From the NCBI RefSeq assembly GCF_006345805.1, contig NW_021833027.1, positions 1-64,000 of the forward strand: a stretch of 64,000 nt of DNA. The letters are read 5' to 3'. Shown here piece after piece: positions 55,791 through 64,000 of this stretch. How positions within the stretch are numbered: position 1 is the first letter of the stretch; each line of letters opens with the position of its first letter. This stretch comes from Octopus sinensis (lineage: Eukaryota). Under the pieces are notes generated by a model that ran no database searches, was not told where the DNA came from, and saw only the letters and a program-made list of their open reading frames with translations. Both the position numbers and the translations under genes were made by a program.

Positions 55791-56020
55791 AAAAAGGAAA
55801 TGAAGAAAATGCTGACAAAATAATTTAAGTAATTCAAGTAATTTAATTAGGTGAAAGTTCTTTTTACCGGTTGCGCATTTGTTATGCTTAACAAAAGAGA
55901 CCGATAGAATAAGTACTGGGCATATACAAAGAATAAGTCCCGGGGTCGATTTGCTCGACTAAAGGCGGTGCTCCAGCATGGCCGCAGTCAAATGTCTGAA
56001 ACAAGTAAAAGAGTAAAAGA

Positions 56021-56067
<47 letters not shown>

Positions 56068-56525
56068 ATGCTACGTATGTGCATGTTTATATACATGTAT
56101 GTGTGTGTGTGTGTGGACACGTGTCTGTGTGCGACGCATGCGCATGTTGTTGTTGTATCCAGATATAATGGGAGAGTGGTGTATGTATGCATGTTTATTG
56201 TAATATAGCACGTGTTACGCGTATGTGTTCGTCTACCAATTTCAGTCTTTCGCCGCCTCCCTCCTCCTCGCCCCCTGTCCTGATATCTCACACTGACGTA
56301 ACTCAGACTCTGTCTCCCTCTTTCTCTCTACTCCTTCTCCCTCCTTTTCTCTATCCTCTTCTCCATCTCTTTCTCTCCATCTCTCTCTTTCTCTCTCTCT
56401 TTCTCTCCATCTCTCTCTCTCTCTCTCCATCTCGGTCTCTCTCTGTCTCAGATAAAAGCGAAACATCGACAACGCTTCCTCTCGTCTCTTTTCCCTCCAC
56501 ACTTTACCAAAGCTACATTTTCCTA

Positions 56526-56616
56526 GTTGCTATAGCAATCGATAATCGATCGGAAATCGTTCGCTAACGGTAACCTTGGCAACGTTGCAAAGGCTTGTTG
56601 TACGTTGCCTGTGAAC
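56526..56616. promoter_or_regulatory. Cluster of RFX X-box-like motifs
   Basis: GTTGCTATAGCAAT 56526-56539, GTAACCTTGGCAAC 56570-56583 and GTTGCCTGTGAAC 56604-56616, in a CpG-rich unique island. Confidence 0.45.
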
Positions 56617-56767
56617 TTATTAAATGAATTACGAGTTTGCATAACCACAGAAACACAAAAACGTTTATATACGTCCGTGCACGTGTGAGTGTATATATAT
56701 ATATATATATACGTAATTTTGTGTGTGTGTGCATATGTGTCTATACAAATAGACACACACTCACACA

Positions 56768-56802
<35 letters not shown>

Positions 56803-57129
56803 CTTAAGACGAAGAATTCATATATGCAACCATCTTCTGTAAATACATTTTAAAACCATATCATGCTTGTGTGTCTGTGTGTCCTTGCTTGTTTGTGTCT
56901 GCCGGTGTTTTTTGAGTTGCATCCCTTTGCGTTAGAAAAAAAAACAAACAACAGAAAAATAAATTTCACTTAACGATCCAACAAAGAGATATCGATAAAA
57001 CGAGTACTAACAGACTGGGATTAAATAATTATTAGGGCTTCGATATGACCAAGAACAATAACAAACAAGAAGGCGGTGCCCCAACATGGCCTCGGTCTAA
57101 TGACAGAAAAACTAGCAATAGATTTATAA

Positions 57130-57168
57130 TGATGATGATGATGATGATGATAATACTACTACTACTAC

Positions 57169-57244
<76 letters not shown>

Positions 57245-57659
57245 TCAGTCTTTTATTGGCCACAGGGGCCAATATAAATATGCATAAAATGACATAACTT
57301 AAAAGACAACACAATACAAATGATAATAATAGTAATAATGATGGTGATGATGATGATGATGATGATATCTTTTATTAGCCACAAGGGTAATAATAATCAT
57401 TATTACTACTACGGTCACGAACATCACCATCACCATCATCCATCATCATCATCATCATCATCACCTAAATTATCTATCAGCTTCATGACAATTTCTCATC
57501 ACGTCACAACCTTTATTGCCATGACCACCGTCTCCACCACCACGAACCTCATCGTCATCATCATCATCATCATCGTTGCCATCGTTATTGTCATCTTCCT
57601 CCTGCTCATCATCATGATATATCATCATCATCATCATCATCATCATTATCACTATCAGT

Positions 57660-57691
<32 letters not shown>

Positions 57692-58030
57692 TATCATCAT
57701 CATCATCATCATCATTGCCATCGTTATTGTCATCTTCCTCCTGCTCATCATCATGATATATCATCATCATCATCATCATTATCACTATCAGTATCATCAT
57801 CATCATCATCATCATCATTATCATCATCATCATCATCATCATTGCCATCGTTATTGTCCTCATCATCATGATCATCATAATCATCATCATCATTATCACT
57901 ATCAGTATCATCACATCATCATCATCATCATCATCATCATCACCACTAGCATTATCACCGGCCACCCATATAATTATCTTATGAAAAAAAAAAGTATACG
58001 CTTCCTTTAGACCAACCTATAATTACTGCA

Positions 58031-58088
<58 letters not shown>

Positions 58089-58092
58089 CGGC

Positions 58093-58123
<31 letters not shown>

Positions 58124-58644
58124 GCTATCTACGTCATTACTGTATAGTATGTAAATTTACCATTTTTACTGTTGCTATCACAGCATTTCATCATCACCAT
58201 CATCATTCACATCATCATCATCATCTCATCACCATCATCATCATCACATCATATCATCATCATCATCATTATCAACACCATCACCATCACCACATCATCA
58301 TATCATCACCATCATCATCATCATCATACCATCATCATCATCATCATCATCACCATCATCATCACATCATCGTCGTCACCACCACCCACCACCACACCAC
58401 CACCATCATCATCATCATCCATCATCATCATCATCTCATCATCATCAACACCCCCACCACCACCGCCACCATTATCACCACCACCATCATCAACACCGCC
58501 ACCATTATCATCATCACCACCACACCACCACTCCACCTTACCTCACAACACCCCCACCACCTCCACCACCACCGCCACCATTATCATCATCATCACCACC
58601 ACCACCACCACCACCCACACACACACAGCACATTTCAAGGTCCA

Positions 58645-58683
<39 letters not shown>

Positions 58684-58790
58684 ACAAATCTCCCTACCAC
58701 CCACTCCCACCTCCCACCTCCCACCACCACCACATTTCAATCAGGTCTTCAAACAGTGACTACTGCTTCATCATCATCATCATCATCATG
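57130..58790. repeat. Trinucleotide arrays (AAT, CAT, CAC) with higher-order duplications
   Basis: attgccatcgttattgtcatcttcctcctgctcatcatcatgatata recurs at 57575-57870. Confidence 0.92.
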
Positions 58791-59231
58791 TTATACATCC
58801 AGGCACTTTGTCACTCCTACTATTTCTAGTATAGTGTCTGTCTGTGTGTGTGTGTGTGCATACAGTATATTCATATATGTATAGTAATGTATGTATGTAT
58901 GTATGTATGTATGTATGTATGTATGTATGTATGTATGTATGTATGTATGTGTGTGTATACATGTACGGCGTGCGATATCATGTATGCATACTACAGAATG
59001 TATAAAATGTGTATTTGTGGGTGTGTGTGAGTATCTGTTGTATAGTGTGTCGCGTACACGTATGTATAATGTTTGCATACGGTGTACGCGTGTATAATGT
59101 TTGTACTTGTGGTGTATAAGTGACATTACAGCCTGTAGTATATATTATGTGTTTAGTGTATGTACGTTATATATTGTGGCGTGTGTATAGCACAGAGTGT
59201 GTATAATATCTAATGTGATATTTTTACACAC

Positions 59232-59319
<88 letters not shown>

Positions 59320-59336
59320 TGTATGTGTGTAAAAAA

Positions 59337-59371
<35 letters not shown>

Positions 59372-60069
59372 TTCGAAAAATTTTATCCTATATTAGATGT
59401 AAATTTTATACAAACATACACATATACATACGTATACACATACGTGTATATATACATAATACACGCACACACATGGGGGTGGGGTGTTTTCCGTCACAAT
59501 ACGACGACAGCAGCAGGTGGAGGCAATCTAGTGAATTGTGAAGATGGAATCAACTAGCCCCTCCTCCCCATGTCCCTGAAACACCACCATAACCTTCATC
59601 ATCAACAACAAGACCAGCATCATTACCACTACATCAAACGCTAGCAATATTGGTCGTTTGATCTGCCAGAAATAGCAGCAAAATCCTCCCTCCCCACCCT
59701 CATCACGCACATTGTCTTCGATGAGTACAAGCTATATTGAATGATATATAGTCTTAGATATCCAAAGATGGGACGGACACGGCTGGAACGTCTTTTGATC
59801 ACAGGTCTACTACTCTATCAGGATTGATACGGCGACTAAATCATGGGCGTTCAGTTTGCTAAAAATAGTAGCCAAATCCCCTTCAAAGCATATCTTACAG
59901 TCTTATACCAGCACGACACATTAAATAATGTAGTCTATCATATCCTTTCGAAAGAGAGTGGTTGGTCATGGCTGGAGTGCCTATGATCATGTGTCCACTC
60001 GGACGGGACTGGTCTAGGGCTAAAAAAAACAGTTAATACCACCACCACCACCACTACCAAATAATACTA

Positions 60070-60150
60070 TACAGCGTGTCCATGAATTATCGTTACAATT
60101 TCCACACTTTCAAACTTCAAATTGTAAAGGTAATTTATGGACGGCCTGTA
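60070..60150. mobile_element. Tiny Tc1/mariner-type MITE
   Basis: TA|cagcgtgtccatgaattatcgttacaattt ... aaattgtaaaggtaatttatggacggcctg|TA, with imperfect ~30-bp inverted ends. Confidence 0.7.
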
Positions 60151-60361
60151 CTACTACAATCAACAAATCGACATCAAAAGATGGAGGAATAAATAAAGGA
60201 GTTTTTTTGGGTTTTTTTTTTTTTTTGACAAGACAACACTAAAATGCAACATAGTAACGTCACCAGGACTCGAACCCACGCCCAGTCAGTTTGACTATTG
60301 AGAAACGGCATTTCATGAAGAAGCACAATGAACGAAATAAACCATTGATAATGAAAAAGAA

Positions 60362-60397
<36 letters not shown>

Positions 60398-60999
60398 GAT
60401 GAAGTCTTTTGATGACAATGTCATCCTCATCATCATCACCATCGTCATAAATTCTTTCTAATTTTAGCACAGCGTCAGTAATTTTAAGGGGAGGGGGACT
60501 AGTCGATTCTATTGGCACCCCAATCAGTGTTCAACAGGTACTTCTTTATTTTATTCTATCGACCCCCCTCCCCCTAATAGACGAAAGACAATGTCGACTT
60601 CGGCGGAATTCGAACTCAGAACGCAATGAACCAGATCATCACCGTCATCACAATCACCGTCTATTTATTTTGTTTTTGCTTAAACTTCGTTTGTTCTCGG
60701 GGAAAGGCATGACAGACACAACAACAACATTTCACTTTCTTCCCGACTCTTTCTACCACCACCACCAACAACAACAACAACAACACCGCTACCAAACGTA
60801 GAGGCGTCATTAAAATTATCATCATCATTATCATCATCATCGTCATCATCATCACCACCACCACCATTAATTCCTAGATCACAGTAATTATCATTTATTT
60901 ATTATTCAGTTCAGTACGAAGATGGCTAAAGCGTACATAAGAACACGTGCGCTGAAATGACTTTCCGTGTAATGCAATTATAAAAGAGAGGAAGATTGG

Positions 61000-61090
<91 letters not shown>

Positions 61091-61303
61091 TGTGTGTGTG
61101 TGTGTAAAACCTTTTCTGAAAGCAGTGTGCCGGCATGACCGCAGTCCAAAGAAGGGGAGTGCGCAACGCGAGTATATAATAAATAAATATATAAATACGT
61201 TTGCAATCGTTGTAATCGATAAATAGGAAAAAGCAGGAACTTCCCCCGTTCCGAGAAAACATTATAACCATAACAATAACACTTGAGACAGAGTGAGACA
61301 GGG

Positions 61304-61341
<38 letters not shown>

Positions 61342-61344
61342 GAC

Positions 61345-61663
61345 GCAGGCATGGTTTTGTGGTAAGAAGTTTGTTACCCCAACCAAAAGGTTCGGGGGTT
61401 CGGTCCCACTACGTGCGTGACACGTTGGGCCAACACGAAGTCTTTGGGAGTGGATGTGGCAGAAGGGAAAATGAAAGAAGCCCGTCGTGTAATATATATA
61501 TATCTGTGTGTTTGTGTGTGTGTGTCAGTGTGTCCTCCACACTCGACAACCCGTGCTGGTTTGTTTACGTCCTCGAAAACTTAGCGGTTCAGCAAAATTG
61601 TCCGATAGAATAAGTACTATCCTTTAATATATATATACATACAGACATATATATATGTGTGTG

Positions 61664-61695
<32 letters not shown>

Positions 61696-61790
61696 AATAT
61701 ATATATATATATATCGATTTGTTTGCGTAAAAACCCTTCAAGGCGATGCCCAAGCATGGCCGCAGTCCAATGACTGAAAGAAATAAAGAA
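61345..61790 (+). mobile_element. Diverged SINE family A
   Basis: gcaggcatggttttgtggtaagaagtt head and agcatggccgcagtccaatgactgaaa tail. Confidence 0.72.
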
Positions 61791-62266
61791 TAAAGGTGTG
61801 TGTGTGTGTGTATATATACATATATGTATGTAAATGCGTGCGCGTATACGCACCTACAGAATACGCACTTTTAAAAAGAATGCTCTGTAATCATAATATT
61901 AGTAGTGCGAAAAAACCAAAATCTATCTATAGATGCTATTTCAGCTTTGCTTCTTTTTTTTTCTTTTTTCTTTTCTTTGGCTTTTAAATTCCGCATTAAA
62001 GCCGCAACAAATCTGGGAAACACATTTTTGACGGAAAGGGGCTTCCGTACATTTTGACGTAGCAAAATGAGGTGAGTAGTATCAGCGAATAATATATAAT
62101 TGAAATGTTGCGGTACCATTAACATAAATTAATTTTTACACAAACATACACACAGATACAAGCGTCTTGCTTAGTAGTAAAAATAGCCATGCTTTTCCAT
62201 GAACCACGTTTAACCGGTCAAAGCTCCAGATAACGCATGATTGTATATATACATACATATATAGAC

Positions 62267-62334
<68 letters not shown>

Positions 62335-62344
62335 GTAGGTAGGC

Positions 62345-62378
<34 letters not shown>

Positions 62379-62379
62379 A

Positions 62380-62865
62380 ATCTTTTGTTTTATTTGTTTC
62401 GATCATCAGGTTGCGGATAGAGCCTTTAAGATTTTTTAGTCGAATCAATCGGCTCCAGTATTTTCGTCGAACTGCTATGTCGCGAGGACGTAAGCACACT
62501 ACCACCGGTTGTCAAGCGGTGGTGGGGCACAAACACAGGCGCACAGACACGTGCATATATATATATATATTTCCATCTTTCCTGAGCGCCTATTAATAAT
62601 AATACTGTAATTGTTCCACGTGTTGTTGTTTTTTCTGTTTTCCCGTTTGGATTAAAATTATATATATATATATATATATATACATACATGCTCACACAAA
62701 CACGACGGGCTTCGATCAGTTTCCGTTTGCCAAATTCACTTACAAGGCTTTGATAGGCCTGAGGGTACACGAGAAGACACTTGCCCAATGTGCCACGCAA
62801 TCGGACTGAACCCGGAGCCATGTGGTTAGGAAGTAAGCTATTTATCACACAGCCACCCCAGAGCC
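62380..62865 (-). mobile_element. Diverged SINE family A with an internal insertion
   Basis: Head cacacagccac... and body acgacgggcttc...gaagacacttgccca on the minus strand. Confidence 0.7.
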
Positions 62866-63029
62866 TAATATCATATTTTTACAAGAAGATTGTCGATAGG
62901 GACTTCGAAGTTTCAGACCGTTAGCCTCTATTGGTCGGCTCTCTGACCGAAACTTCGGTTATGTATTGAGTAATCTGTTAGTTTAGTGTTAGACTGTTTT
63001 TTTTTTATTGCAACTCCAAACAAACATTA

Positions 63030-63233
63030 TACGAAGGGGTACTGAAAAGTTGGTGGCTTTAAGGATACGGTAAAAGGCCTGGATGGCGGCCCAACCTTAT
63101 GAGTTCTTTTACAGGGCTTGGGAAAACTGAATGACCACTGCAATAGGTGCGTGAATCTGTTGAATATAATCATAATTAACTGATCCTCCTGTATTTTCAT
63201 TTACTCAAGCCAGGAACATCTCAGCACCCTTCA
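63030..63233 (+). mobile_element. Mariner-derived MITE, both ends present
   Basis: TAcgaaggggtactgaaaagtt... and ...agccaggaacatctcagcacccttc; shares aatcataattaactgatcctcctgtat with 43128-43153. Confidence 0.65.
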
Positions 63234-63619
63234 TTTGAGCGTGTGTGAGACTGTGTGTAAATTGGTGTGTATGTTTTTAAAGGGATAGATAGACTGATCG
63301 GGGTTAAGCCACAATTGCTGGGTGTCAACTATAGTTGCTTAACTCCAGGTCAGCGCCGATCCAACCTCTTATTCAGACATTGTGTAAATCGACCTACAAT
63401 GATCCAGAATAACTCTTTAGCATTAAAATACGGTTTGGAGAAAAATTTGCCAGCTATTTCTAGAAGGTCGACCTACAACGTAAGGGATTCCCTCGTTGGT
63501 TGGGTGTTAGATATGTGGTGTGTTTGTTATTTAACCGTGTTGAATTCAAGTATTTGCCACACCCAGGTAAACAATAGGTTGCGGGGGTGGGGATAAACGA
63601 GTAAATGGTAAATACGATG

Positions 63620-64000
63620 TGAACCAACAACACGTTTCAGACATTAGCAACATAAGCAACGGTAACAATGATTCTAGGAACAACACAAAAACATTAGCAA
63701 CGATTCTAGTAACAAAGTTAATAGGAACAATAACAACGACACGCGCAATAACAACTGCACTAGCAACGATAAGAACTGTATTGGCAACATGGTTGACACG
63801 GGGGAGTACAATAACATTAGGAGCAATGACAACGGCGTTAGCAACGATGGCAAGAACGGCAACTCTACAACAATAACAACGTTCGCAACAATAGGGGGAA
63901 ATCGGGGGGCAACAAATGGCACTAGCAGCAATAATGGCGGCGTTAGCAACAATAATAACAAGCAGTGGTAACGACCGCACGAGGAACAACAATAACAACT
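63620..64000. repeat. AGCAAC/AACAAT-rich degenerate repeat
   Basis: Recurrent tagcaac/ggcaac/gtaac motifs up to the window end. Confidence 0.7.

Noticed and set aside
62906-62960. Hammerhead-like GGTCGG/CTGACC-GAAA-C-TTCG-GT hairpin
   Set aside because: No CTGANGA box upstream; at most a truncated, inverted fragment.

Overview
Eukaryotic, AT-rich, microsatellite-saturated genomic DNA. The tRNA-derived SINE repertoire and simple-repeat density look like a coleoid cephalopod (Octopus-like); this is an inference. Nearly all ORFs in the track are translated microsatellites. One real protein-coding gene can be reconstructed on the minus strand from two exons. An internal exon at 39395-39609 encodes RDRAHSLP (Akt/14-3-3-type site) followed by a BH3 motif, IGQELRRISDEY. 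It joins in frame, across a 26,687-nt GT-AG intron, to a terminal exon at 12564-12707. The product looks like a BAD-like BH3-only pro-apoptotic protein; its 5' coding exon(s) were not found in the window. A long, SINE-poor stretch downstream (about 4.2-12.5 kb) may be its 3' UTR and contains a strong hairpin. The introns hold several SINE families, hAT, mariner and Tigger-like non-autonomous elements, an RTE-LINE remnant and nested insertions. They also hold Penelope-like short elements with minimal hammerhead-ribozyme motifs, including a tRNA-headed element with two inverted hammerhead copies at 34.06-34.54 kb.
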